The position numbers and the translations under genes were made by a program. Source: a virus. Taken from it: a stretch of DNA of 64,000 nt. Below are positions 9,654 through 19,641 of this stretch, piece by piece. Location of the stretch: the IMG/VR virus record IMGVR_UViG_3300033144_006256, positions 20,645-84,644 of that record; one strand, 5' to 3'. The notes under the pieces are model-generated. The model was not told where the DNA came from. It did no database searches and was given only the letters and a program-made list of their open reading frames with translations. Positions within the stretch are counted from its first letter, which is position 1. Each line of letters begins with the position of its first letter.

Positions 9654-10028
9654 ATGAAAGATTATAAAATTGAAACAAAACCTAGTTTTTGGGAAGTGAT
9701 ATTAAAAAGAGGTTGTTATTCTGACAAGGAAGAAAAACATTTATTTTTCAGAGCGAATGATGAGAATGAAGTTTGGAATTTTCTTTGTAGATATTTAGAA
9801 GATACTTTTGTAGATATATATAATTATGATGGTATTAGTCATATTGGTGCGATAAAAATTTACGGAGAAGATAAAAAAATTATAAAAAAGTTTGTTACAA
9901 ACAAATTAAAAAAATATTTGGTAGAAATGGAATATAGGGATGAAGATGAGATAGAATGGGATACTGATTATGGATATGCTTGGGCTTGTAAAATATTAAG
10001 ATTAAATGTAATAGAATTTAAAAAATAA
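9654..10028 (+). CDS. Hypothetical protein
   Basis: ATG ORF. Confidence 0.6.
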   Translation: MKDYKIETKPSFWEVILKRGCYSDKEEKHLFFRANDENEVWNFLCRYLEDTFVDIYNYDGISHIGAIKIYGEDKKIIKKFVTNKLKKYLVEMEYRDEDEIEWDTDYGYAWACKILRLNVIEFKK

Positions 10029-10049
10029 ATAAACTAAAAAGGAGCAATA

Positions 10050-10901
10050 ATGGATAACTTAAATATAGAAAAATTTAATCCCACTAAGGCAGAAGTAATT
10101 AAAATAACTGATAAATACAAGAATATACAGATTAAAGGGTTAGAAGATAAACAAGGGTATTTAATTGCAAAATCAGGCAAGCAAGAATTATCAGCATTAA
10201 GAACAGCTGTTAAAAGTTATGGAAAAGAACAGCGGGTAGAAGCATTAAAATATCAGAAAGCAGTTATAAAAGCAGAGAATGAACTTTTAAAAATTATAAA
10301 ACCGATTGAAGATAAAATTAAATTAAAAATAGATTTAATAGATGGTGAAAAAGAAAAAATAAGAATGCAAAAATATCTTCCAGATAGAAAAGCAAGACTA
10401 AAAGAAATTGATATTGAACTTGAAGATAGTGAATTATTAGAAATGGATAATACAGAATTTGAAAACTTTTTTAATGAAAAGAAAACTGAAATTCTTGCAG
10501 AAAAAGAAAGAAAATTACAAGAAGCAGAAGATAAACTTGTAGAAGAAAAAAAGAAAATTGAAATTGATAAAGGGATTGCAAAAGCAAAAGAAGAAGCAAG
10601 AAAAGAAGCTATGAAACAAGCAAAAATAAATATAGAAAATGCAAAAATACAAGCTGAAAAAGATAAAAAGAAAGCAGTTGAAGAAGCAAAGCAGAAAATA
10701 CTTGATGAACAACAAGAAAAAGAAAATGCAAAAATAGTAGAAGAAGAAAAGAAAAAACAAGAAGCAGAAGAATTACGAAAACAAGAAAAATATCAACTTT
10801 TTCTTGAAAGAAATGATTATAAAGATGATGGAAGTTTCAAAATAGAAACAGAAGATGGTTTAGTTGTCCTTTATAAGAAGATTGATGAAATAATAATTTA
10901 A
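10050..10901 (+). CDS. Coiled-coil protein (DUF1351-like) upstream of the recombinase
   Basis: E/K-rich coiled coil; typical position before an annealase gene. Confidence 0.5.
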   Translation: MDNLNIEKFNPTKAEVIKITDKYKNIQIKGLEDKQGYLIAKSGKQELSALRTAVKSYGKEQRVEALKYQKAVIKAENELLKIIKPIEDKIKLKIDLIDGEKEKIRMQKYLPDRKARLKEIDIELEDSELLEMDNTEFENFFNEKKTEILAEKERKLQEAEDKLVEEKKKIEIDKGIAKAKEEARKEAMKQAKINIENAKIQAEKDKKKAVEEAKQKILDEQQEKENAKIVEEEKKKQEAEELRKQEKYQLFLERNDYKDDGSFKIETEDGLVVLYKKIDEIII

Positions 10902-10918
10902 TAAAGAAAGGTAAAATT

Positions 10919-11536
10919 ATGGCAAATGAAATTAAAAAACTACAAATAACAGAAGAAATAAGAAAACAGTTAAATGCACCGCTTCCAGCAGAAGCAATAT
11001 CAAAGCATCCAACTAAAACATTTCTAAGCACAATAAAATCTATTTTTATCATAGAACGATTAAACAGTGTATTCAAATTAGGCGGGTGGCATTTATCAAC
11101 AGAAATTATTAAAGAAACACCTGATTATGTTTTGGTAAAAGGTGAATTAAAAATACACGATTATGATGTGAAGATAACACCACAATTTGGAGGGCATAAT
11201 ACAACAGGTAAAGGAACAGAAATTGCAGATGGTTATAAAAGTGCTGTTACTGATTGCCTTAGTAAATGTGCTAGTTACCTTGAAATAGGCATAGATGTTT
11301 TTAAGGGGAAATCAACACCAGCACAAAGTTATAACAGTTATAGCAAACCAGCTTATACACCAAAACTAGCACAACAACAAACAACAGAACAACAGATGAA
11401 TAATCAAGACAAAAAAGATTTAACCTGCACAGAATGTTTAGTTGAAATCTCAGTTGCTGAATATGAATTTTCTAAGAAAAAATTTGGAAAAGCACTTTGC
11501 AGAAACTGTCAAGGCATAGCAAGGGGTAATGAATAA
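10919..11536 (+). CDS. Rad52/Sak-like single-strand annealing protein
   Basis: IERLN.VF..GGW and KSAVTD.L.KCAS.L.IG.D; C-terminal CxxC...CxxC. Confidence 0.8.
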   Translation: MANEIKKLQITEEIRKQLNAPLPAEAISKHPTKTFLSTIKSIFIIERLNSVFKLGGWHLSTEIIKETPDYVLVKGELKIHDYDVKITPQFGGHNTTGKGTEIADGYKSAVTDCLSKCASYLEIGIDVFKGKSTPAQSYNSYSKPAYTPKLAQQQTTEQQMNNQDKKDLTCTECLVEISVAEYEFSKKKFGKALCRNCQGIARGNE

Positions 11537-12037
11537 TGAATATTTGGGTTACCACTGATACACATCTAAATCATACTAAATTGATTGAATATGGGCGACC
11601 AGAAAATTTTGAAGATAAGATTAAAAAAGGGTTGGTTAATAATATTAAAAAAGATGATTTGTTAATCCATTTAGGTGATGTTTGTATAGGGGATGATAAG
11701 AAAAATAATAATTGGTTTAAAAAAAAGATTGAAGTGCAAAACTATTCTTGTATTAGGAACCCACGATAATAAAACGATCAATTTTTATTTATCTAATGGC
11801 TGGGATTTTGCCTGTGAAAGATTTGATTTCAAAATGTTTGGTAAACGAATTGCCTTTACACATATGCCGATTGCTTGGGATGGATATTTTGATATAAATC
11901 TACACGGGCATTTCCATAATACAGATTATAGAAGGAACGAACCAGACTTTAATAAAGTTATAAGTGGTTATAATAAACTTATATCATTAGAATTTACTAA
12001 TTATCAACCATTAAATCTTCGTAAAATAATAAAATGA
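11536..12037 (+). pseudogene. Calcineurin-like metallophosphoesterase, frameshifted at an A8 run
   Basis: DTH and HLGD in the first frame; GTHD, THMP and HGHFH in the second; shift at A8 11719-11726. Confidence 0.75.
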
Positions 12038-12591
12038 AACCCCCAAAAAATTACATTTCGTATAGCCAGCTTTGTCTATTCTTAGAAGATAGGGAAGAAT
12101 ACTTTAACAGATATTACAGGAATATAAAGCGAGAGCCAAATGAAAAAATGCAATTTGGTAAATTAGCACATAAAGTTTTAGAAGATAGAACATTTATAGT
12201 AAGTAATTTAACTGATAAACAGAATAAAATTATTGAAAAAATAAGAACAGAAATACCAATAACTGAACAATGCGAAGTTAAAATTGAAGTTGAATATAAG
12301 CCGATAAATTTACTTGCTATTTTTGATGGGATACAAGGTGATACTATTGTTGAATATAAAACAGGGCAATTATGGAACCAGAAACGTGTAGATGAACATT
12401 TGCAATTAACATTTTATTCATTAGTTTATTGGTCAAAATATAAGAAAATGCCACGGCTAAAGTTAATATCAATTAGTTCTGCAAGCGGAGCAATCAGAAC
12501 ATTCTGGACAGCAAGAACTTATGAAGATATTAAAGATTTACAGGATAAAATAAATTACTTTTATAGTGAAATTAAAAGTTGGAAAGGGTAA
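12034..12591 (+). CDS. PD-(D/E)XK exonuclease (RecB/Cas4-like)
   Basis: SYSQL, G...H..LE, D...IVEYKTG, QL..Y. Confidence 0.85.
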   Translation: MKPPKNYISYSQLCLFLEDREEYFNRYYRNIKREPNEKMQFGKLAHKVLEDRTFIVSNLTDKQNKIIEKIRTEIPITEQCEVKIEVEYKPINLLAIFDGIQGDTIVEYKTGQLWNQKRVDEHLQLTFYSLVYWSKYKKMPRLKLISISSASGAIRTFWTARTYEDIKDLQDKINYFYSEIKSWKG

Positions 12592-12592
12592 T

Positions 12593-12808
12593 ATGAGAAT
12601 ATCAAAAAAATTAAAACTTAATTATGAACTTTGTATAAAATATCTAAAACAGGCAGATTTAGCAGATTTAGAAACTGCTTGTAGAAGTTTAAGTATGTTT
12701 GGTTATATTCTTAACTTTTATAACGATGCTAAAAGATTTTCAGAATATTGTGAAAGTATAGGTGAACACGAAATAGCTAAATATGCAGTTCGTAATTGGA
12801 ATAAATAG
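12593..12808 (+). CDS. Hypothetical protein
   Basis: ATG MRISKK directly after the previous stop. Confidence 0.55.
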   Translation: MRISKKLKLNYELCIKYLKQADLADLETACRSLSMFGYILNFYNDAKRFSEYCESIGEHEIAKYAVRNWNK

Positions 12809-12823
12809 AAAGGAAAAATAAAA

Positions 12824-13261
12824 ATGGATAAATTAATTTACGAAGAATATGACGAAAATGGTAATATAATCCCTTGTGAATATCATAATGAAATTAGAAA
12901 ATGCAAATTATGTGAAATTTTACTTTCTAAAACGAGAGAATGCCATAAATTAAGAATTAAAGGTGATAATGAAGAATGGATAACTATTAAATACGGTGAT
13001 TATTATGATGAAACTCCGAATTATTGTAAAAATTGTTATAATAAGTTTATAAAAAATAACGATATCAAGAAGAAAAAAAATAATGGTGGTTCAAAACCAA
13101 AGAAAGTTAAACAATTAACATATCAGAATGATGTTGTTAAAATATGGGATAGTATATCAGATGCAGCTGATGAGCTTAATTTTACACGGCAAGGTATATC
13201 TAACTGTATAAATGGCTATATTAAATCATATAAAAACTATAAATGGGAATTAATTAAATGA
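12824..13261 (+). CDS. NUMOD1-type DNA-binding domain protein
   Basis: KKV.Q...WDSISDAA..L...ISNCI.G..KS...YKW. Confidence 0.75.
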   Translation: MDKLIYEEYDENGNIIPCEYHNEIRKCKLCEILLSKTRECHKLRIKGDNEEWITIKYGDYYDETPNYCKNCYNKFIKNNDIKKKKNNGGSKPKKVKQLTYQNDVVKIWDSISDAADELNFTRQGISNCINGYIKSYKNYKWELIK

Positions 13262-13722
13262 ACATTAATGATAATTATTTAGAAACATTTAAAAGATTAG
13301 AAAAAGATATTATTAAATGGGACGATCTTGAACATCAAGAAGAAGCAACAGAAACAGTATTTAGTATTTCAAGACAATTATTTATGATAGCAAAAGGAAC
13401 TATTGATAAAGATAGATTAAAAAAGATGATGGCGGAACTTTCAGCAATGCTTATTTATCTGAAAACAAAAAAAGTAGTATATAAAAATACTATGGAAAAG
13501 CAAGAAAAATCACTAAAATATGTTTATGCTACAAAAATGAAAGATGAAAAAATAAGCAAAGAAAGAACTATAACAATGATAAAAAATGAAATTGAAAGTG
13601 AAACGATAGAAATTGAAAATGAAATATTGAAAAGTAGGCAATTATTTGAATTTTATTCTGGTTGTTGTGATGTTTCGGAAACACTAATAACTGTAATACA
13701 AAGTATTTGTAAAACCGCATAA
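13258..13722 (+). CDS. Hypothetical helical protein
   Basis: ATGA overlap with the upstream gene; coiled-coil character. Confidence 0.6.
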   Translation: MNINDNYLETFKRLEKDIIKWDDLEHQEEATETVFSISRQLFMIAKGTIDKDRLKKMMAELSAMLIYLKTKKVVYKNTMEKQEKSLKYVYATKMKDEKISKERTITMIKNEIESETIEIENEILKSRQLFEFYSGCCDVSETLITVIQSICKTA

Positions 13723-13797
13723 TTCGCCAAAAATTGCCACGTGTTGCGTTTTTAGAAGCGAATTGGTATATATATCCATCTTTGAAAATTAAATCAC

Positions 13798-13890
13798 TTA
13801 GCTTGCTGTAGTGTTCCGTTCGGTGCGATCATCGTTTAACCCTCCTTTTTCGGTGTTTTTATATCCGAACGGAATATTTTAGCAAGCTAA
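13798..13890 (+). ncRNA. Long intergenic hairpin, family copy 2
   Basis: Same TTAGCTTGCT/AGCAAGCTAA closing stem as 8434-8547; TTCCGTTCGG/CCGAACGGAA inner stem; CCCTCCTT in the loop. Confidence 0.55.
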
Positions 13891-13910
13891 CAACTAGAAA
13901 GGTAAAAATT

Positions 13911-14633
13911 ATGGAAAACATAATTAAACAAGGTAAACTAGAAAATAATATTTACTATTTACCAGAGATACAACTAGATAGAAAAGAATATTTAGAAGTT
14001 GCAAAACACTTAAAATTCTTAGGTGGAAAATGGAAAGGCGGTAAAATAGGCGGGTTTATTTTTGATAGAAATATAAACAGTATTGATGAACTTTTAGGCA
14101 ATAATACAAAAAAGAAAAAAGAATTACAGTTTTTTGAAACACCTGAAAAATTAGCGAAAGAACTTGTAGAATTAGCAGAGATAAATAATTATGTAGATAT
14201 TTTAGAACCTTCTGCTGGCAGAGGAGCGATTATTAAAGAAATAAAAAAAGTATGCGACAGGCAAATACAATTTTGTGAAATTGATAAAACAAATTTAAAA
14301 TATCTTGATAAAATTGATAATTTAGAGAATGTATCAGATAATGGCGATTTTTTGGAATTTAACCATATGACATTTGATAGAATAATTGCTAATCCCCCAT
14401 TTTTTAAAAATCAAGATATTAAACACATATTGCATATGTATGATTTATTAAGGAATAAAGGCATATTAGTTTCTATCGCTTCTAAACATTGGGAAAATTC
14501 TAAAAATAAGAAAGAAACAGAATTTAGAAAGTTTTTAGAATATACAAAAGCTGAAATTATAGATATAAAAGAAGGAGAATTTAAAGAAAGCGGGACAACT
14601 ATTGGAGGGGTAATAATTAAAATTAAAAACTAG
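13911..14633 (+). CDS. DNA adenine methyltransferase (gamma-like)
   Basis: QFFETP, LEPSAGRG, IANPPF. Confidence 0.85.
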   Translation: MENIIKQGKLENNIYYLPEIQLDRKEYLEVAKHLKFLGGKWKGGKIGGFIFDRNINSIDELLGNNTKKKKELQFFETPEKLAKELVELAEINNYVDILEPSAGRGAIIKEIKKVCDRQIQFCEIDKTNLKYLDKIDNLENVSDNGDFLEFNHMTFDRIIANPPFFKNQDIKHILHMYDLLRNKGILVSIASKHWENSKNKKETEFRKFLEYTKAEIIDIKEGEFKESGTTIGGVIIKIKN

Positions 14634-14646
14634 AAAGGAAAAAATT

Positions 14647-14844
14647 ATGCGTAATAAAATTGTAGCAGGATTATTAGCTTTATTACTTGGCTGGACAGGG
14701 TGTCACAAATTTTATTTGGGTAAAGCATCAGGTATATTTTATATCTTATTCTGCTGGACATTTATTCCAACAATTATCGCTTTTTTTGAAGGAATATCAT
14801 ATCTTTTGATGTCCGATGAAGAATTTGATAAGAAGTATAATTAA
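14647..14844 (+). CDS. TM2/NINE domain small membrane protein
   Basis: LALLLG..G.HKFYLG...GI.Y.LF.WT.IP. Confidence 0.85.
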   Translation: MRNKIVAGLLALLLGWTGCHKFYLGKASGIFYILFCWTFIPTIIAFFEGISYLLMSDEEFDKKYN

Positions 14845-14848
14845 CCCC

Positions 14849-14986
14849 TTGATATTTTTCAGAAATACGGTATAATAATAGTAAGCTTTGCGACATATTA
14901 AAACTATAATAGGTTATAAAAAAAATACCAAATATATATATTTTACAAGAAGCCACTTAGTTGCAAAGCTTAATAGGTGGTTTTTT
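14849..14986 (+). promoter_or_regulatory. Promoter plus attenuator/pseudoknot leader
   Basis: TTGATA-N16-TATAAT; 14882-14894 is complementary to the loop (14960-14972) of terminator 14950-14986. Confidence 0.65.
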
Positions 14987-15037
14987 GTTTAAGCTACAAG
15001 ATAAAATCTTGATTAAAAATAGAAAAGTAAAAAAACA

Positions 15038-15370
15038 ATGAATAAAATAAAACTTGATAAAAAAGAAAAGGCATTTAAAAAAAGATTATGTAAAATATCT
15101 GGCATTTTTAGCGATGAATATTCAATTTTTACAGAATTTAATACATTAAAAAATATTTCTTCTAATGATATAATGCATTTGTCATCTGCTGGATTTTTTT
15201 GCTTAGCTGGCGAAGATATGATTAGTCCTTTTAACAATATAGTAGAGGATAATGTTGAAAATTTATTTATAAAATGGATTTTTAGTGGTGATTTAGTAGC
15301 AAGAGATAAAATAGTTGAAATTATAAATAATACAATAATAGAAAAAAAAGGAAAATCATATTTTGCCTAA
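15038..15370 (+). CDS. Hypothetical protein
   Basis: ATG ORF after the leader. Confidence 0.55.
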   Translation: MNKIKLDKKEKAFKKRLCKISGIFSDEYSIFTEFNTLKNISSNDIMHLSSAGFFCLAGEDMISPFNNIVEDNVENLFIKWIFSGDLVARDKIVEIINNTIIEKKGKSYFA

Positions 15371-15659
15371 AATTAAAAAAACTATTTTAAAAGAAAGTGG
15401 CTATATCTATATTTTAAAAAACAAAGAATTTTATAAAATTGGTAGATCTAAAAATCCTAAGAATAGAATAAAAAGCTATGTCACAGAAAATCCTGATGAA
15501 ATTGAAATAATATTATGTGAATATGTTGATGATTATAAAAAGGCAGAGGAAGAATTGCATATATTATTTAAAGATAAAAAACATAGGGGAGAATGGTTTA
15601 AACTTAATAATGAAGATATAGAACTTATAAAAAATTATATAAATAAAGAAAGGATATAA
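15363..15659 (+). CDS. T5orf172/MUG113 (GIY-YIG-like) domain protein
   Basis: GYIY, YKIGRS, R, E..LH..F, GEWF.L. Confidence 0.85.
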   Translation: MPKIKKTILKESGYIYILKNKEFYKIGRSKNPKNRIKSYVTENPDEIEIILCEYVDDYKKAEEELHILFKDKKHRGEWFKLNNEDIELIKNYINKERI

Positions 15660-15661
15660 TT

Positions 15662-16417
15662 ATGCGAAGCACAAGAAAACAGCCATTTTGTTGGCAAGAG
15701 AAAAAAATAACACGGCTTATAAGAGAACAATATAAAAAATCAATGAGGTCTAAAATGTTGTTACTATATGTTACTATAACTGAGATAGATAGTGATTTTA
15801 ATGGTAAAGATATAAAATACTACACAAAAACAATATCTACATATAGCGGGCTAAGTAAAGATTTCATACCAACAGGATTAAAATATTTAGAAAAGTTAGG
15901 GATAATAATATTAGAAGAAGATAGGGAAAATGGGAAGTTTAAAGGTAAAAGGATAAATTTTACACCTGAGAATGTTGAAGAAATGCCCCGAAAAACCATT
16001 GCCGTAAAACCCACTAACGGTAAACCCCTTAATGAAAAAAACGAACCATCAGAAGATAGTATTATTATAGAAGATAGTAAAGATAAAGAAGATAATATTA
16101 TACAAGCAGAGCTTGTGGATGATAAAAATTCTTCTTCTAAAGAACCAAACCAAATAAATACACTAATAGATAAATTTAAACCGATAAACCCTTCTTGTTA
16201 TAAGTTATTCCCTAATAAAGGTCAGCGTAATGCTTTAGACAGGATGATTAAAAAACACGGCTTTGAAGAACTAAGCAAATTATTAGATGCTTTACCAGAT
16301 ATACTAAGTAAAAAGTATTCCCCAAATATAACAACCCCAGTAGCATTAGAAAATAAATTAGGCGATTTGATGATGTTTATTAAGAAAAATAATAAGAAAG
16401 GATATATAGAAGTATGA
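15662..16417 (+). CDS. Putative replication initiator (winged HTH)
   Basis: HTH-like TISTYSGLS...GLKYLEKLGII; linker; C-terminal P.ITTP..LE.K. Confidence 0.55.
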   Translation: MRSTRKQPFCWQEKKITRLIREQYKKSMRSKMLLLYVTITEIDSDFNGKDIKYYTKTISTYSGLSKDFIPTGLKYLEKLGIIILEEDRENGKFKGKRINFTPENVEEMPRKTIAVKPTNGKPLNEKNEPSEDSIIIEDSKDKEDNIIQAELVDDKNSSSKEPNQINTLIDKFKPINPSCYKLFPNKGQRNALDRMIKKHGFEELSKLLDALPDILSKKYSPNITTPVALENKLGDLMMFIKKNNKKGYIEV

Positions 16418-16749
16418 AAATTTTAAAAATGATGTCTGGAATTGAATTTTTATTAGAAGATGTTGAAGCAGAAAATATAGCAAGAATATTTGGTCAACAA
16501 AAATTAGTTAAACTTAGAAGCGGTGAATATGTTAATACTGCCAGTATAGAAGTTATTAAAGATATAGATACTGTCCCATATTGGGACGGGTATATGCTTG
16601 AACCAGACGGAAGAAGTTTTATTAGAGATGGCGTAAAAGTAAAAATGGAAACTGATACCTTCTCAGAAATTGAATATAAGCCACATCCAAAATATCTTGC
16701 TATGAAAAAACAATTAGATAAAAAACTATCAATGCCTAAAGCTAGGTAA
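16414..16749 (+). CDS. Hypothetical protein (replication region)
   Basis: ATGA overlap. Confidence 0.6.
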   Translation: MKILKMMSGIEFLLEDVEAENIARIFGQQKLVKLRSGEYVNTASIEVIKDIDTVPYWDGYMLEPDGRSFIRDGVKVKMETDTFSEIEYKPHPKYLAMKKQLDKKLSMPKAR

Positions 16750-16765
16750 CTAGAAAGCGGTAGAT

Positions 16766-17125
16766 ATGGAAGTTAAAAATTTTTGGGAATATACAGATGA
16801 TGAATTAAGGAAATTATGGGTTGAAAAAAATATTTGGGAATTTGAAAAAAAATATAAAGAACTTTGCAATGGTGATAGAATAATGAACCAAGTTTTAGGA
16901 AGCACATTTAAACCATTAGTAGATTATTGTTTAAAAGAAAAAATAATATCAAAAACAATACAAAATGGAAAAAATTATTATGCTATATATTTGCCAAAAT
17001 TCTTATGGTGGAAAGAAAAATATAATATTATGGCTGAATGCCAAAAAAGAAAAGAAGATAAAAGAAAATATGCAGAAAAACTTGAAAAAGAAAAAAATAA
17101 ACAACTAAATGAAAATAATGTTTGA
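16766..17125 (+). CDS. Hypothetical protein
   Basis: ATG ORF. Confidence 0.6.
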   Translation: MEVKNFWEYTDDELRKLWVEKNIWEFEKKYKELCNGDRIMNQVLGSTFKPLVDYCLKEKIISKTIQNGKNYYAIYLPKFLWWKEKYNIMAECQKRKEDKRKYAEKLEKEKNKQLNENNV

Positions 17126-17606
17126 ACCTAAAATTGAATATTTTGAAAAATTAAATGAAATTAAAAAAAGATACAAAGAATTATGGAAACCAAAAATTGC
17201 CCCGTATAAAATTTATTATTGGTTAAATATTTTTACTCCGATAGAAGAAAATATTTGGAGTGATATAAGATATTTAGGATTGACATTTTATCCACAATAT
17301 CCAGTTGATAAATATTTTATAGATTTTGCCGACCCGATTAAAAAAATAGGCATAGAAGCAGATGGTAAAATACATTTTAATCAATTAGAAAAAGATGAAT
17401 TGCGTGATAAAAAATTAGCTAAATTAGGTTGGGATATTATTAGAATACAAGGTCGCCAAACATATAAAACAATTAAAGATTATTTTCCAGAAGAATATAA
17501 TAAAGAAGATTATGATGAAAAAATAATGGAAGAATATGAAAATGATTGTTCAGAGGGAATACTTAGAAAATTACTAAGAAACTATTATTCTGATAGTAGG
17601 ATATAG
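17109..17606 (+). CDS. DUF559/Vsr-like endonuclease
   Basis: QYPV..YFIDFA, IEADG..H, D..RD..L...GW.IIR. Confidence 0.8.
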   Translation: MKIMFEPKIEYFEKLNEIKKRYKELWKPKIAPYKIYYWLNIFTPIEENIWSDIRYLGLTFYPQYPVDKYFIDFADPIKKIGIEADGKIHFNQLEKDELRDKKLAKLGWDIIRIQGRQTYKTIKDYFPEEYNKEDYDEKIMEEYENDCSEGILRKLLRNYYSDSRI

Positions 17607-17626
17607 AAATATGCTTTTTAGATAAC

Positions 17627-17654
17627 TTGACATTTTCAGCAGTTGTAGTATAAT
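17627..17654 (+). promoter_or_regulatory. Sigma70-type promoter
   Basis: TTGACA-N16-TATAAT. Confidence 0.75.
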
Positions 17655-17809
17655 AAGAATATGGATAAAAAAGAAAAATTAAAAAAAATTTGGAAAAGTA
17701 TCGCAAGAAATTATAAGTATAAACAATGAAAAAAATAATATAGAAAACAGATTAAAAATACTAAGAAAAAGATTAAAAGAATTAGGAAAAGAAATAGAAA
17801 GGTAAAATT

Positions 17810-18364
17810 ATGAAACTACAAAAATTTCTTAAAAAAGATATACAAGAAGCATTTAACCTTAACCAAGAACTTAAAAAATATGTAGAAGGAACAACACTTT
17901 TCTATCTGCAAACAGGAAGAATATCAAAAATAATTCGCGATAATAAATATTATCTTGCCTTAGATGAAGAATGTAAAACATTTAATCAATACATCGCTAC
18001 ATTAGGAATATCACAAGGGCATATTTATAACTCTATAAGAATTTATGAAAAATGGGTATTAGAATATGGATATAATGTAGACGATTTAGCAGAAGTCCCA
18101 TATTCTAAACTGTTAATGATAAGCCCGATTACAACAGCAGAAAATAAAGATGAAATGCTGGCACAAGCAAAAGTATTATCCAGATCTGATTTAAAACATA
18201 ATATAAGTGGAGAACAAGGGAAAACAGAAGATTGCTATCTTGCTAAAATAAATTTTGAAATAGTATGTGATAAATATCAGAATGGAAATTGCACACTTAG
18301 AAATGAACCTTGTAAACAAGAACAGAAGATTTTAAATATTGTTAATAATAAAGAAATAAAATGA
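17810..18364 (+). CDS. Hypothetical, likely DNA-binding protein
   Basis: AGAAAGG RBS; helical, HTH-like TF.QY...LGISQ segment. Confidence 0.6.
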   Translation: MKLQKFLKKDIQEAFNLNQELKKYVEGTTLFYLQTGRISKIIRDNKYYLALDEECKTFNQYIATLGISQGHIYNSIRIYEKWVLEYGYNVDDLAEVPYSKLLMISPITTAENKDEMLAQAKVLSRSDLKHNISGEQGKTEDCYLAKINFEIVCDKYQNGNCTLRNEPCKQEQKILNIVNNKEIK

Positions 18365-18747
18365 AGAAAAAATTAACAACACAGCAAAAAATAAGAAAGC
18401 TACAAAAAAAGGCAGATAGTTTATATCATCAAATAATTTGTAAAAGATTTCCAAAATGTTTAGTATGCGAAGTTAATGATAGCCAATGTGCTCACCACTT
18501 TGTCAGGAAAAGCCAGTCAGCAGAATTACGCTATAATTTTTCTAATGGGATAAATATCTGTGCAAAATGCCATACACTACATCATAGAACAGGCGATCCT
18601 AGAATACACGATACAATTATAAGAAAAAAAGGCACAAAATGGGCAGATGAACTTTATAAGATTAAAAATAAAGTTAATAAACAATACAAAGGTATTGAAT
18701 ATTACGAAAATATAATTAGTAATTTTGAAAGAATATTAAATGAATAA
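18361..18747 (+). CDS. NinG/Rap-like HNH nuclease
   Basis: CxxC, AHH, RY...NG...CxxCH. Confidence 0.75.
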   Translation: MKKKLTTQQKIRKLQKKADSLYHQIICKRFPKCLVCEVNDSQCAHHFVRKSQSAELRYNFSNGINICAKCHTLHHRTGDPRIHDTIIRKKGTKWADELYKIKNKVNKQYKGIEYYENIISNFERILNE

Positions 18748-19054
18748 AGAAAAAGAATTTTTAACTAAAAGAATGATAGGCGAAAAAATAAGCCCTGTTT
18801 TAGAAGAAATAGAAGATGCACTTTGGGGTTTTGAATATAACAAAGCAGGTGAAAAACCAAAATTCACAGAAGCAGGATTTAGAGCAAGTATAAAAATTTT
18901 TATGGCAAACCTTTTAGAAAGAATGTATAATAAACAAGAAAAAGAAAATATGCCACAAAAAGAACGTCAAAAACAAGCAGAATATTTTGGTAAAGAAATA
19001 AGGGAATTAGTTATACTTGCAACTGGCATAGATACGCATAAATTATATAAATAG
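18740..19054 (+). CDS. Hypothetical protein
   Basis: Overlapping ATG ORF. Confidence 0.6.
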   Translation: MNKEKEFLTKRMIGEKISPVLEEIEDALWGFEYNKAGEKPKFTEAGFRASIKIFMANLLERMYNKQEKENMPQKERQKQAEYFGKEIRELVILATGIDTHKLYK

Positions 19055-19067
19055 AAAGGTAAAAATT

Positions 19068-19409
19068 ATGGTTCATACAGAAGAAAAATGTAGATATTGT
19101 AAATATTTCCATAACCCAGATGGAAAAGTAAAAATACTATATCACGATAATATTTGTTGTGTTGTAGAAGATAAATTTAGAAAGCGATTATTAGTAGTAT
19201 ATAAAAACCATTTCTTAGCTCCACCAATTCAAAAAGATGATATACATATGGTTTTAATCGCAAGAAAATTCGGTGATATAGATCCGAAAAAAGGTAAAAC
19301 AATAAAAGGACACTATATAATTCAAGTAATCCCTGAAAAAGGGAGCGAAGCGGAGGGCAATCTGAAAGGAAAAAAACGTGAAACCAAGAAAATTCAAAAA
19401 GATATGTAA
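19068..19409 (+). CDS. Hypothetical protein (possible HIT-like fold)
   Basis: CxxC N-terminus, LVVYKNH; the HIT triad is degenerate. Confidence 0.4.
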   Translation: MVHTEEKCRYCKYFHNPDGKVKILYHDNICCVVEDKFRKRLLVVYKNHFLAPPIQKDDIHMVLIARKFGDIDPKKGKTIKGHYIIQVIPEKGSEAEGNLKGKKRETKKIQKDM

Positions 19410-19641
19410 AGTTTGTAAAAAAATATTTTTAGGAAATTCACCAACAGCTAAATATTGTCAAGAATGCAAATTAACAGCGGTAGAAAATATAAGGCATAAA
19501 CAAAATTTAACTTATTGGGAAGAAAAAGGAAAAATAAGGAATAAGATAGGCAGAAATATGGTTAGAATACTTAGAAATAAAGGGTATGAACACGAACAGA
19601 TGTTGGAATATTGTGAACAAGCAAAAGTTATCAACAGTTGA
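19378..19641 (+). CDS. Zn-finger hypothetical protein
   Basis: CKVC...YCQEC. Confidence 0.55.
   Translation: MKPRKFKKICKVCKKIFLGNSPTAKYCQECKLTAVENIRHKQNLTYWEEKGKIRNKIGRNMVRILRNKGYEHEQMLEYCEQAKVINS

Noticed and set aside
12034-12591. Cas4 as part of a CRISPR-Cas system
   Set aside because: No other cas genes or array; it sits near the annealase as a recombination exonuclease.
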